A stretch of DNA of 64,000 bases, from positions 76,074,001-76,138,000 of the forward strand of contig NC_042999.1 of NCBI RefSeq assembly GCF_006345805.1. Direction: 5' to 3'. This DNA is from Octopus sinensis (taxonomy: Eukaryota). Under the pieces are notes generated by a model. That model made no database searches. It was given only the letters and a program-made list of their open reading frames with translations, and had not been told where the DNA came from. Numbering within the stretch: the stretch's first letter is position 1; every line of letters begins with the position of its first letter. Of the stretch, positions 10,936-23,839 are shown piece by piece. Position numbers and translations under genes: made by a program.

Positions 10936-12960
10936 ATGGTAAAGCTAGAAGCCATTGTCAATGGACGTAGCATACCAACTGACCTAATGCCAACAAGTCA
11001 GGGTCACTTCAACGACCCGTTAGCCAGAAACAAACAACATCCTCATTGATATAGCTATCTGACCTAATTCCAACCTACAGGACTCACAAGCCAGGACTCA
11101 CAATCGCACCAACAACAGCCTGCTACTGATACTACATTGGAAGCACTTGTTTGGCACCACTACTTGTCCTGATTCCACCCAGCCCTACTGTTGCAAGTCA
11201 AGTTTCACTTCCACTACGGCAACAACAACAACAAAAACCTGCTACTGCTGCTACAATAGGACCACTAACCAATGAACCTGCCAATATAGAAAAACCACTA
11301 CTATGCCCACGTCAAAAACCCTGTCGTTATCATTCTCAAGGCAACTGAAGATTTGGCCCCAGCGGCACCAACAACAAGGGACGCTGTACTTTTTTCCATG
11401 TTACCTTATGCCGTAGACTTGTTAAGGGCACCTGTTCATATGGTATAATGAGAAAAACTGCCCTCACCTCCACCCCAAATACTGTCCTAAATATAAAGTC
11501 CATGGCCCTGGTCCTAAATATGGATGCACAAAAGGCAATGGATGCACCTTCTTCCATCCTAAACTGTGCCAAACTTCTGTGTCACTAAAGATGTGCTTGA
11601 ACCCAGAATTCAACCACCACCATCTGAAGGGCATAAAACGATCGAAAAATAAATATAAACAGCAACAGAGGAGACCTGTGACAACAACAAAACAAAATAC
11701 AGCCATATTTCACCTCCTACAAACCGAACAACGAAGACAGAACTATGGAAAAGCCATAACACCAAATAACATAAACATGAACTATGTATCATCTGACCAA
11801 GTATCAAACCAAAGAGGCAACTCTTTTTTACTAACTTATCTAGAAAATATGAAGGCCGACCTAAGCCAGGAGATCCCACGAGCTATCAGCAACCATTCAA
11901 GTAAAACACAAGGAACAGACCCACCACCAACTAGAAAATCACACACACACAGCTCCATACAAAAACTACTCTTATTGCTACCTCTGAACAACATAAAACA
12001 TGACAGAGCTATTAGAACAATGCAAATATCAAACTACCCTTACCTCTACATTCCTGTTAATTGTACGTGAACCAACCCATCACTCACTCAAAAATGGAAG
12101 ATCCCATACATTGCTTCCTTTTCTTTACCCTTACTGAAACTCACCTAAACAGCACACATATGAATGCCGAGGTAAAAATAATATAAATTTCACAATCATC
12201 CGTGCAGATCACACAGACCAAAATAAAGTGCGGACAGCCATCATTCTCCATGACTCCTTTTTAGTTGATGCCAAGGATATATTTTCCAATGGTCATTGTA
12301 AATATATATCACTATTCAACAAGGCCAAATACATAATCATTGTTGGTTTTTACAGGCCTCCCGAAGCACATCTAAAGTGTTTTGCAGTGTGCCTCAACAA
12401 AATCAAGCCCTTTCCTCAAAAATACAACTCCGGAAACATACTAGTGATGGGTGATTTTAACCTCCCTCATATAAACTGGCTCACAAATACTCTGATGTTA
12501 GGCAAATGCTCTACGTCAGATAAAGCTGCAGAAGAATTACTCTTTAATCTAAGGGATAAATTCTTCCTGAATCAGCTCGTGCTCGAACCAACAAGACAGA
12601 ATAAAACGATCTTGGATCTAATATTAACCAACCACTCTAGCTCCTTTCACAGTATTTCAGTCGATAAAACTCTTCTCTCAGACCACGACATGATACTCTG
12701 CAATTTTAATTTCCGGCATATCAAAACCAAACCAGCCAATCCCACTCCACTGCACTTATTTGCCAACATGAACTACCACAAAGCGGACTGGGGAGCAATC
12801 AGAAAGGATCTGTCCTTCATCGACTGGTCCTTCACTCTCAGTTCCACTGACACTGAGATCGCATGGCAACACTTTGAGGACATTGTCACATATACATGCT
12901 CAAAACACGCTCCTACGAAATCCACTAACACAAACAGAAATCGGCTCCCTAGTATATTCG
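10936..12960 (+). mobile_element. Degraded APE-type LINE (CR1/L2-group-like): ORF1 with tandem Cys/His fingers plus endonuclease, lacking RT
   Basis: ORF1 remnants C..HPKYCPKY..GCTKGNGCTFFHPKLCQTS..C..H. APE motifs FYRPP, GDFNLPHINW, ILDLILTN and SDHDMIL (ORF 12228..13028). Confidence 0.85.
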
Positions 12961-13086
12961 AAGGTATATATATTGCTGTAAGTTCTCAGATTCACACACT
13001 TATTGCAGCTGTCCTACATCTTTTCTAAGCCCTCGGAAGGTTGAGCCTTTCTCGAGACCCTTAAAGCCAGGAACTTTTTAGCACCT

Positions 13087-13165
13087 TCTCTCTCTCTCTC
13101 TCACATACACAAATATATATACATACATATATATATATATATACATACATATATATATACATACA

Positions 13166-13198
<33 letters not shown>

Positions 13199-13201
13199 GC
13201 A

Positions 13202-13235
<34 letters not shown>

Positions 13236-13270
13236 CATACATACATACATACATATATACATACATACAT

Positions 13271-13317
<47 letters not shown>
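13087..13317. repeat. (CT)n-(TA)n-(TACA)n compound microsatellite
   Basis: Seen directly. Confidence 0.95.
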
Positions 13318-13799
13318 CATGTCCCACTTAGTTCAATCAGGTTTCGTCTCTTGCTGTCAGTCGTGCATAAATCCCGCCATTGCGTATTCATACGTGGGCC
13401 TGTGCAGACAGATGAGGGATAATGAGAGAAAAAGGAAACATCGGCTTGAAAGTGGTACTCCCTTATTTCATCTGTTACATATATTTCAGAATTCTTTTTC
13501 TTCTTTTTTTTTGTCTTTGTTTACGAAGTGCATCGATGAACGACGGATTGCATCTATAGTGTGACAGCAATGTGTTACGGAATGCTGAAATGTGTGCAAC
13601 AGATGAAATAAGAAACCACCAAATTGAAGCCCGTATTGTGTTATCTCTCATTTCATACATATATATTATATGTATATGTTTGTGAGGTTACATATGTGTA
13701 TGCATCTGTATATATATATATACACACATACATACATACATTCACATGTTTCTGAGAATATATGTGTATATATATACATATATATATATAATATATATA

Positions 13800-13882
<83 letters not shown>

Positions 13883-13897
13883 CGTATACACACATAT

Positions 13898-14040
13898 ATT
13901 AGTCCAGTATTCTACTGTTTTTAATAATGGCTGCTTTAATTGCAGTATAAATTATTTATATATGCAAAATAAAATTATAATCTCTCCATTTTCCAATCTG
14001 ATTGTGAATCTCATTATCATTGATGCTTTATATTGAAAGA
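13898..14040 (+). repeat. TA-associated dispersed repeat, copy 1
   Basis: High similarity to 22537-22675 (CCAGTATTCTACTGTTTTTAATAA...TTTTCCAATCTGATTGTGAATCTCATTATC). Both copies follow a TA-rich run. Confidence 0.8.
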
Positions 14041-15896
14041 TATTTGTCAATATAATTTAATGAATAGAATAGCTTTTACAACAAAGCAACCAAATGTGTA
14101 TTGGTGATGTTTATTGATTAGGTTATCGATTATTTTACTGATAGGCTAGGAATGAAATTGAAAGTGGATTCCTGGAGGTTCAGAGGAGGGATTTGAACCT
14201 GTAGCATGAAGAATTGACGCCAAATATGCATAGAGATACGATTCAAAATTCTAGTGTTTTAGATCCCATACTCTTTCTTTTAAAAATGAAGTAAAGAGCT
14301 GGGAGACACGAAGAAATACCACTCTCTAAATGAATTAAATACGAGATCTAGTTTTTAATCGCATATGCCACAGTTGCCTTTGGAAAAGACATGGCTACTA
14401 CACAAACTAATTTTTATTCCCTAAAATTAATAGCCTACTGCATCTGAGAAACACTAGCCCTTGAATTTACACATTATGTCAGAGAAAAACAATTTATTTC
14501 AAGAGATATCTAATTACGAGTGTTATATCATTTACGGGCCATTTACTTTGGCAGACATATTTTAGTTGATTGTCTTGTAAAATCCTGACCATTATCATTG
14601 TAATATATTAATTATCATGACTGAACGCTGTCTATCCGCCAACAATAAAGTCGATCTAATTCGTTTATGGTGTTTTCTTTTTGTCTGTTCTCTTAAGTAG
14701 GGGAAGTATTGTTGTGGAATTGCTATGCGCAACTAAAGTATCAAGCGTTAGAAAAGTTTACTAATATAGGCTGGCATATGTACACGAGTAGTTACTGTAG
14801 CAGTTCATATGAGAAACAGGACGTTGCGGCTGTGATGTTTCAAAATTGAACTGAAGTCATTTCAAGCAGCCTGCAAAACAAATATTTCATTCCTCCCTAG
14901 CTAAATTATAAGGCTTTCTGCTTAGCCCTATAATTTCCTTAGGTTGAGAGACAGAAAAGTTGAGTAACCAAACAAAGCGATCTAATGCATTTTCATTTGT
15001 CGTAATAGAAATACTACGTACTTCATTTTTAGTTCTTCTTAAAATAATAATAAATTGTATCCTAGACAAGTACTGTACTTAGATAAATCGAAAGCACATT
15101 GCTGCTAAGACGTGTGACTAAATACTAAAGTTAGAAATAATTTTTATTTAGTTCTGTTCAGACATGGGCCTAATTATTATATGAATGCACAAAGCAGTGG
15201 AAAAGCAAGGGTAATGTGATGAATTGCTTAAAGTTTTTACTTACGCCCCTTTCAGTTCTGAAGTAAAATTACGTTGCGAGGCTTTGCCTATCATGTTCTA
15301 CGATTGACACTGCATCGTCACATATTGAATAAATGACCTGCCAAATTGCTCGGATAACCTTTCCCACTCATATTCAATGTATCCATGTGTATAAAACCTA
15401 CCCGTACAACATCAAAAATACATACAGTTGTTAAAATACTGCATCCCATAACAAATTCCTACATTGTTAATTCCACATTTTACCCCATCTCTCCTTTTTT
15501 TTTTTCTTTAGTCAAAAATATGTCGACTAAGGAGATCATGGCCTGCTAGAAATAACTGCCAGCCGGGTGGCTCTCCCTCAGATCAAAATATACTGACTTA
15601 AATAAAAGGAGAAATATTGGATGGTGTTATCCTTTATATTCGAAAAGAAAGGATGGTCATAGCAGTAAGGATTTTGCTGATTAAACTGCTTAATGAAGAT
15701 GGCCAGAGAATAAGAATCTACAACTGATACCTTTGCGCTTTGTACAGAATCGAACTAAATGCGAAAAATGACAACGTATATAACTGTCATGTAATACTTA
15801 TTTGAATTTCATTCTCAACATTCACAGTGTTGTTCATGCTGAACTCGATTGTCGTATTGCGTTTCACGAGGCCAACAATTTTGGAGAAAGAGGAAA

Positions 15897-15900
<4 letters not shown>

Positions 15901-15944
<44 letters not shown>

Positions 15945-16260
15945 CATATATATATATATATACATATATATATACATATATTATATACATATATATATAA
16001 CATATATATATATATATATACATATATATATACATATATATTACATATATATATACATATATATATATATTACATATATATATACATATTTATATATATA
16101 TCTATATATATATATTATACATATTTATATATATATATATCATATATATATACATATATACATACATATATATATATATACATATATACATATACATATA
16201 TACATATATACATATATACATATATACATATATATATACATATATATATATATATAATAC

Positions 16261-16311
<51 letters not shown>

Positions 16312-16343
16312 CAATATATATATACATATATATACATATTTAC

Positions 16344-16396
<53 letters not shown>

Positions 16397-16450
16397 CATA
16401 CATATACATATATATACATATTATATATATATATACATTTATATATATAC
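15901..16450. repeat. Long (TA)n/(TACA) microsatellite, 5' flank of the LINE
   Basis: Seen directly. Confidence 0.95.
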
Positions 16451-16489
16451 GTTTAATATTGTTTAATATTGTTTAACATTGTTAATAAT

Positions 16490-17175
16490 TTTTCAGATAC
16501 TCTATCTTCTAATTAGCCTTAAGAATAAACGACGTTATTTACCCACACTTTAACATCTTCTAATTTTTTACCCACACTCTAATATCTTCTAATTAGCCTT
16601 TTTACCCACATTTTAAATATTTGTTAATATATTTTCAGATACTCTATCCTCTAATTAGCCTTAAGATTAAATAACGTTTTTACCCACACTTTAACTTTTT
16701 CACCCACACTTTAATATATTTTTGAATACTCTATCTTCTAATTAGCCTTAAGATTAAATAACGTTTTTTACCCACACTTTAATATAATAGTAATATTGTT
16801 AACATATTTTCAGATACTCTATCTCCTAATTAGACTTAAGATTAAATAACGTTTTTACCCACAAACTTTAATATTGTTAATATTAATAATACTCTATCCT
16901 CTAATTAGCCTTAAGATTAAATAACGTTTCTACCCACACTTTAACATTTTTACCCACACTTTAATATATTTTTGAATACTCTATCTTCTAATTAGCCTTA
17001 AGATTAAAAAAACGTTTTTACCCGCACTCTAATATAATATTAATATTGCTAATATATTTTCAGATACTCTATCTCCTAATTAGCCTTAAGATTAAATAAC
17101 GTTTTTACCCACAAACTTTAATATTGTTAATATTTTTTTCTTTTCAAATACTCTATCTTCTAATTAGCCTTAATA
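16490..17175 (+). repeat. Tandem array of 75-88-bp monomers organised as a 250-bp higher-order repeat
   Basis: Marker ATACTCTATC occurs at 16497, 16639, 16726, 16814, 16889, 16976, 17064 and 17148. Every third monomer from 16639 is exactly 250 bp apart. Confidence 0.9.
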
Positions 17176-17234
17176 TCTTCTTGTCTTCTCTCGAACATAG
17201 TTAGATAGATAAACAAATAGACAGATCATCCAGC

Positions 17235-18140
17235 ATGTCCAGAGCATGGAGACCTGACGAACTAGATTTATTCGTACGAGCCTGGAAGTGCGCCGACGGA
17301 GATAGCTCTAGCGAGGTGATTGCGGCTGCGCTGAAGAACAAAGGCTACAAGAGGACAGCGGCTCAGATGGAGCAAAAGAGACGGGAATTCGTGCACTCAT
17401 ATGCGCTTATACGGTCGCACATTGGCGCACTTGATGCCATCTTTGAGAACGAGCGGGGCAAAGATGGCAAGAATGGAGACGATGAAAGAAGTCACCCCCA
17501 CCTGGTAGACGCCCGGGAGGAGGTTTTGAATGAGAAACCTGCCCGGGAAGTGAACCCAGGTGCAAGTTCTCCAACCGGCAGCAAGGGCCATGGAGACGGA
17601 GAACCCGGTGAAGAGGTAGAGGGAGGAGGAAGAACTAAAAGAAGGGCTGGAAGAGCTAAAGGAAAAGCTCAAGCAGGACCAAAGGGTGAAAAAACCAGGA
17701 ATAGAAGTGGAACCGCAAAAGATGGAAACAAACAGCGCACACGGGTGTGTAGGTTCTACCTGAGAGGTTCCTGCTGGCATGGAAAGGAAGGTGCAGGCTG
17801 CCGCTTTGCACATCGGGGACCCTGCCACAGAGACACGAGGCAGATGGACAAACCATCAACACAAGGAAAAGAAATGGACCACGCACCACTTGCCCCAAAG
17901 CGGAGGTACGCAGATGTTGTGCGTGCCACAAACCGCCAACATGATGTTGTCGAAAGGGCAGCTGCTGAGCAACAATCATTTTTGTGCATGGCACAAAAGA
18001 TTGTACAGCAGCTGACCTGGCTTCATCAAACCCAAGCCCGCAGGTGGGACTACCCACTATATACCAGACCACCACAGCAAACAGACCCAGGATGGACACC
18101 GCCGGCAACAACGTACACCTCACCTCGATGCTCCTACTGA
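17235..18140 (+). CDS. LINE ORF1 protein (301 aa): N-terminal Myb/SANT-like domain, basic linker, single CCCH zinc finger
   Basis: WRPDELDLFVRAW...IAAALKNKGYKRTAAQMEQK...Y resembles trihelix/Myb-SANT-like domains. The finger CRFYLRGSCWHGKEGAGCRFAH is at 17748-17813. Both blocks are conserved in the paralog at 24921. Confidence 0.8.
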   Translation: MSRAWRPDELDLFVRAWKCADGDSSSEVIAAALKNKGYKRTAAQMEQKRREFVHSYALIRSHIGALDAIFENERGKDGKNGDDERSHPHLVDAREEVLNEKPAREVNPGASSPTGSKGHGDGEPGEEVEGGGRTKRRAGRAKGKAQAGPKGEKTRNRSGTAKDGNKQRTRVCRFYLRGSCWHGKEGAGCRFAHRGPCHRDTRQMDKPSTQGKEMDHAPLAPKRRYADVVRATNRQHDVVERAAAEQQSFLCMAQKIVQQLTWLHQTQARRWDYPLYTRPPQQTDPGWTPPATTYTSPRCSY

Positions 18141-21072
18141 ACATCAGAGGACTGCAAACACTCAGTAACAGGACAAAAATCCCGTTCCTGAGAGACTTTG
18201 TTGCATGCAATCAAGCCTTATGCATAGCACTTACGGAAACGCCACTGAAACCGGATATAGCAGATGCGGAGTTACACATACCACAGTATGCTGTACTACG
18301 GACCGACAGAAAAGAAAGGAGTCATGGAGGTGTTGCTATGTACATCCGTGAGACCTCACAACCTCAGGTCCTCTTGTCATACTCAAACTCGGTGTGTGAC
18401 ACACTAATTGTACATATTAGGCAACTTGATGTAGTTGTGTGTGCTACATATCGCCCTCCAGATGCCCAAGCCATGTGGGCAAGTTTGAAGACTGCCTTAT
18501 AAAAATAGAAGAAGTTCTAACCACATTAGAACAACACATAAGTGTACTTCTTATGGGAGACTTCAATCTGCCCAATGTCAGATGGCCCGAGGGCCTTTCT
18601 CTCCCAGGAATGACAAGATGTGAACGAGGACAGGCGAGGTCCCCCCTGAACCTCATCAACACCCTGTACATGGAGCAGGTAATACTCCAACCAACCAGGG
18701 CAGGTAACACACTGGATCTCTGCTTCACAAATGACATGGATCTCATCCATAATGTGAAAGTGACACCGACACTACTCTCGGATCACAACATGATAGAGCT
18801 GACCATGTACGGGCCAAAGAGAGCACGGACATGCAGGCCTACAAGAAACCCTCAGAATCTTTCCAGCTTGAACTACCATAAGGCAAACTGGAAACAAATT
18901 GAGAAAGAGATCCTCAAACAAAACTGGCCTAAATGTCTCTCCTCGCCAGACATCGACGTGAAACTTCAACAATTCATGTCTGTAATGCAAGCCATATGAC
19001 AAATGTGTCCCAGAGAGAAAGGCCACTGTACACAAGAACAAAATCCCCAGAGAGAGGAAAATTTTAATGAGACGGCGTACAAAATTTTCAAATCGCCTAA
19101 ACAAACAGATTGAAAGCAGTGAAAAGTCCCGCCTAAAAATAAAACTGTTGGAAATTGAAAAATGTCTGCAACTCTCCCATGAAAATGAAAGAGCAGACAA
19201 AGAAGCCTGGGCTATAGACAACATAAAATCTAACCCCAGAGCTTTCTACAGGTATGCCAAAGAAACAGCTACGGTGCACTGTAGAATAGGCCACTCCTCG
19301 AAAAGGATGGCACACTTACAGGAAAACCAATGAGGGTAAGTGAAATACTGAATGAGCAATTCAAGAGTGTTTTCACTCCACCCCTTGGCATCTCCAAATC
19401 ACCAATCCAACTGACTTTTTTACCACTGCAGATATAAAATCAGAGGCGGCGACGATAGATTACATCGATATAAAGGAAGACGATGTAATCAAGGCTATAG
19501 ATGAAATGAAAACAGACTCAGCTACTGGCCCTGATGGATTCCCGGCAATCCTCCTAAAGCATGTAAGAGAGTCCTAGCAAGACCACTGCAGTTCCTCTTT
19601 CAGAGCTTCCTTGCAGCTGGCAAACTTCCAGAGAAACTGAAGGAAGGTAAAATATGCCCCATTCATAAAGGAGGTAGCAGAGCGGAAGCCAAGAACTATA
19701 GACCTATCTCTCTAACCTCACACATCAGCAAGGTCATGGAACGAATAGTCAGAAGGAAGCTGATCACCTTCCTTGAAGAGAATGACTTGCTGCCCGACAC
19801 CCAACATGGTTTCCGACCAGGGAGAAGCTGTTTTAGCTCCTCTACAACACTATGACTGGGTGCTGAAACGGCTGCTCAACCACTCAAATGTGGAAGTGAT
19901 ATATCTCGACTTTGCAAAGGACTTTGATAAAGTCGATCATGGAATGATATGTCACAAACTGCGTGATCTCAACATAGTTGGAAAACTGGGAGAATGGCTT
20001 CATGACTTTCTGAAGGATAGAAGTCAGGTGGTAGTAGCCAATGGGGCCACCTCCATTAACACACAAATAGTGAGCGGTGTTCCGCAGGGCACTGTTCTGG
20101 GACCACTACTGTTCATAATGGCCCTCTCAGACATGCCCTCAGCCACGCAGAGAGCCACGATCACAAGTTATGCAGATGATACAAAAGTTTCACAGGAAAT
20201 ACAGAACCCTGAGGACACTAAACACCTGCAATGTGAGCTAGACAAAGTGGGCCGAAAAGAATAGCATGCAGTTCAATGCTGAAAAGGTTCAAGCTCTATA
20301 CTATCAGCATGCAAAACTAAATGCAATACCCAATGAATACACTGGACCCGGAGGAATAGCAATCCCAGAGGCACAATCAGTGCGTGACCTAGGTATTTAC
20401 ATGAGTGATGACGCGACCTTTCGTGTACATGTTGCTAAATTGGCAATGAAATGTAGACGACTGGCCGGATGGATCCTCAGAACCTTTAGAACAAGAGAAC
20501 AAGAAACCATGATGGTCCTCTGGAGGACACATGTCCTAAGCCACTTTGACTACTGCTCTCAGTTATGGTCACCATCCAGTGTCAAGTTGATCACAGAGCT
20601 CGAGGCGATCCAACGTAGCTACACGAAGAAGATAGCCTCTATGCAGAATGTAAGCTACTAGGAAAGACTCAAGAGATTAAAACTATATTCCCTGGAGCGT
20701 AGGCGGGAAAGATATGCCATAATATACATCTGGAAGATCCTGGAGGGACGTGTCCTGAACTTTGGCATCGAGAGTTACGCAAATGCCAGAACTGGGCGCC
20801 ACTGCGTGGTGCCTAGGACTCCAAGCTTGCCATCAAGATGTAGGACAAGATTATGTGATAGCCTGGGCTTCCGAGGCCCACAGCTCTTCAATATCCTCCC
20901 GAAGAACCTGAGAGACCTGCATGGGGTGGATGCAGATGTCTTTAAAATGAAGCTGGATCTCTTCCTGTCAGGTGTCCCAGATGAACCAACTTCACGGCAG
21001 GAGGGGCAGATGAGGGCAGCTGCATCGAACTCTCTCATGCACCAAATGGCAGTTGCTAGAAAGCTTTCGTGA
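18092..21072 (+). pseudogene. LINE ORF2 (AP endonuclease plus reverse transcriptase), disabled
   Basis: Split across track ORFs. At least seven lesions: frameshifts near 18470, 18997, 19290, 19560, 19830 and 20255, and a TAG at 20659. Confidence 0.92.
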
Positions 21073-21180
21073 AGTGAAACCAAGTAGCAACATCAAATGG
21101 CGGTGCCCTAGCATGGCCACAGCTCATAAGCTGAAACTAGAATCAATCAATCAATCAATCATTCAATCAATCACAATCAA

Positions 21181-21270
21181 TATATATATATATATATATA
21201 TAGTATATATATTATATATATATATAATATAGATATATATGTATATATATATGCTATATATATATATATG

Positions 21271-21321
<51 letters not shown>

Positions 21322-21332
21322 TATAATATATA

Positions 21333-21364
<32 letters not shown>

Positions 21365-21682
21365 GATTGTATATATATATATATGTATAATATATATATA
21401 TATATATATTGTATATATATATATATATTATATATATATATATATTGTATATATATACTATATATATGTATAATATATATATTATATCAATATATATGTA
21501 TATATAATATAATATATATATGTATAATATAATATATAATATGTATATATATATATATGTATATATATATATACATATGTATATTATATATATATATGTA
21601 TAATATATATATTATGATATATATATATACATATATATGTGATATATATATAATATATGCATATATAATATTATATATATTA

Positions 21683-21764
<82 letters not shown>

Positions 21765-21776
21765 GTATATATTATA

Positions 21777-21819
<43 letters not shown>

Positions 21820-21895
21820 GTGATATATATATATATATATATGTATTATATATATATATAATATGTTATATATATATATATATATATGGTATTAT

Positions 21896-21928
<33 letters not shown>

Positions 21929-22010
21929 TATATTATATATATATATATATATATGTTAATATATATATGTATATAATATATATATGTATATATATATATT
22001 ATATATAATG

Positions 22011-22059
<49 letters not shown>

Positions 22060-22071
22060 GTATAATATATA

Positions 22072-22110
<39 letters not shown>

Positions 22111-22160
22111 TATATTATGTATGTATGTATGTATATATATATATATATATGTATATATAA
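21181..22160. repeat. About 1-kb interrupted (TA)n microsatellite, 3' flank of the LINE
   Basis: Seen directly. Confidence 0.95.
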
Positions 22161-22269
22161 TAAAGAATTTGGAGACATAAAACATTGTAATATTATCGGT
22201 ACAGTTTCATAAGGTTCCATTTGGTCATCCTTGAAGTGAACATGTTTGTGAGATTATATATATATATGG

Positions 22270-22412
22270 CTGTAAATGTAATATGTGACAATTATAGCAT
22301 TTTTCCGATGGCCGGATAACTGAAGAGATGGAGACGTGGATTCCCACCCCGGCATCCGAAACTTGGAGTGTTATCATGTCTACCGAATAATTGTCACATA
22401 TTACATTTACAG
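22270..22412 (+). ncRNA. Hammerhead-like motif enclosed by a perfect 26-bp inverted repeat
   Basis: Arms 22270-22295 and 22387-22412 are exact reverse complements. Inside: GATAA-CTGAAGA-GATG..CATC-C-GAAA-C-TTGGA-GTG-TTATC. Confidence 0.55.
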
Positions 22413-22486
22413 ATAAATTCCTCTATTTCCATAATATCGAGGTCTCTTTCATTTTGTTTTCTTACCATTTTTATCAATATATATAT

Positions 22487-22536
<50 letters not shown>

Positions 22537-22537
<1 letters not shown>

Positions 22538-22675
22538 CCAGTATTCTACTGTTTTTAATAAATTGCTGTTTAATTGCTCTATAAATTATTTATATATGCA
22601 AAACATAATTATAATCTCTTCATTTTCCAATCTGATTGTGAATCTCATTATCCTTGTTACTTTATACTGAAAGAA
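22537..22675 (+). repeat. TA-associated dispersed repeat, copy 2
   Basis: Homologous to 13898-14040. Confidence 0.8.
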
Positions 22676-22912
22676 TGAAAGGCAAAATTCAAACCCGACG
22701 GTATTTGAACTTAAACCGTAAAGTCGAAAAAAATGCCTCTTATCATTTTCTTCGACGTGATAATGGTTCTACAAGCTCATTGCGTACGTGGTCCATAAAA
22801 TAAGTACCAATTAACCTTGTACGACCAGTTGAATAGTTTATATCCCCACCCACCAAAACCGACATCACAACCCACTAAAAATCAAGAGCTTAGTACAAGA
22901 GATATATTCTTC

Positions 22913-23240
22913 CCGTACTCCGTCGGTTACGACGACGAGGACTCCATTTGATCCGACCAACAGAACAACAGCGTGCCCGTAAACTTAGGTGCAAGTGGCT
23001 GATCACTCCACAGACAGGAATAACCTTAGCAAAGTTCACAGAAAGATCCAGCGTGATGCTAGATTCGACATTGATGGCCCTTTTGAATTACAGGTGCTAC
23101 TCATATTTGCCACCCTATTGGACTGGAGCTACGTGATGTAAAGAGTCTTGCTCAAGAACACAACGCCCTGCCGGATGTCGAACTCATGATCTTACGATCA
23201 TGAGCCGAATACAGCTACCATCTGAACCACGTGCCTTCAC
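22913..23240 (-). mobile_element. tRNA-derived SINE (family B)
   Basis: On the minus strand a tRNA-like head (B box GAGTTCGACATCC) is followed by TTGAGCAAGACTCTTTACATCACGTAGCTCCAGTCC; this core is shared with 45125-45395. Confidence 0.75.
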
Positions 23241-23701
23241 ATAAATTATATAAATGAGAGAGATCCTTATGATATTCTGAGTTGGCATTTCTACCAATTA
23301 AAGTAAATTCTTTTTCTTCAACCAGCAAATGGACTCATATAATATAAAAGATAAAGTCTCGTTTACGTTTAGTTACAATAACCAAGACAGTGATATTTGT
23401 TTTTTAAATTTCGATACGCTCTCACAGTAATTATAGACATACTTTGTAAGATATAATGGATATTCCGAGCATATAATTGTTTGTTGGCTGATTAATGAAT
23501 ACATACGTACGAGAAAAAATATTCACATGCGAAGAACTATGTTTCCAGCCTAACAAAAAAGAAAGGTGTTTTCTTTTTTTCTGACTAATGTATGGAAATG
23601 GTTCATAAATCACAATCCAACGAAATAACAAACTATGATAATACACAAATGCGCGCGCACACACATACCGAAACAAACATACACAAATAAACAAGCAGAG
23701 T

Positions 23702-23732
<31 letters not shown>

Positions 23733-23839
23733 ATATATATATATATGTATGTGTATATTATATATAATATGTATGTGTATATATATATATATATATATAA
23801 TATATATATATATTATATATATATTATATATATATATAG

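Larger units (their letters stand above)
16455..21180 (+). mobile_element. Near full-length APE-type LINE (CR1/L2-group-like), inactive copy
   Basis: ORF1 17235..18140 overlaps ORF2 (ATG 18092). ORF2 has APE motifs (LTET, YRPP, GDFNLP, LDL, SDH) and RT motifs (DFxKxFDKVDH, GVPQGTVLGP, YADD). Short 3' UTR and (AATC)n tail at 21141-21180. Clade not determined; the 5' limit is inferred. Confidence 0.92.

Noticed and set aside
15240-15400. Possible minus-strand exon ending in GTAAGT
   Set aside because: No frame stays open from a plausible acceptor to this donor, and the peptide is not recognisable.
16490-17175. CRISPR-like spaced repeats
   Set aside because: The inter-repeat sequences are themselves repeated (higher-order tandem), the context is eukaryotic, and there are no cas genes.
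17397-19224. Minus-strand ORFs over the LINE
   Set aside because: Antisense shadows of GC-richer LINE coding sequence with no independent motifs.
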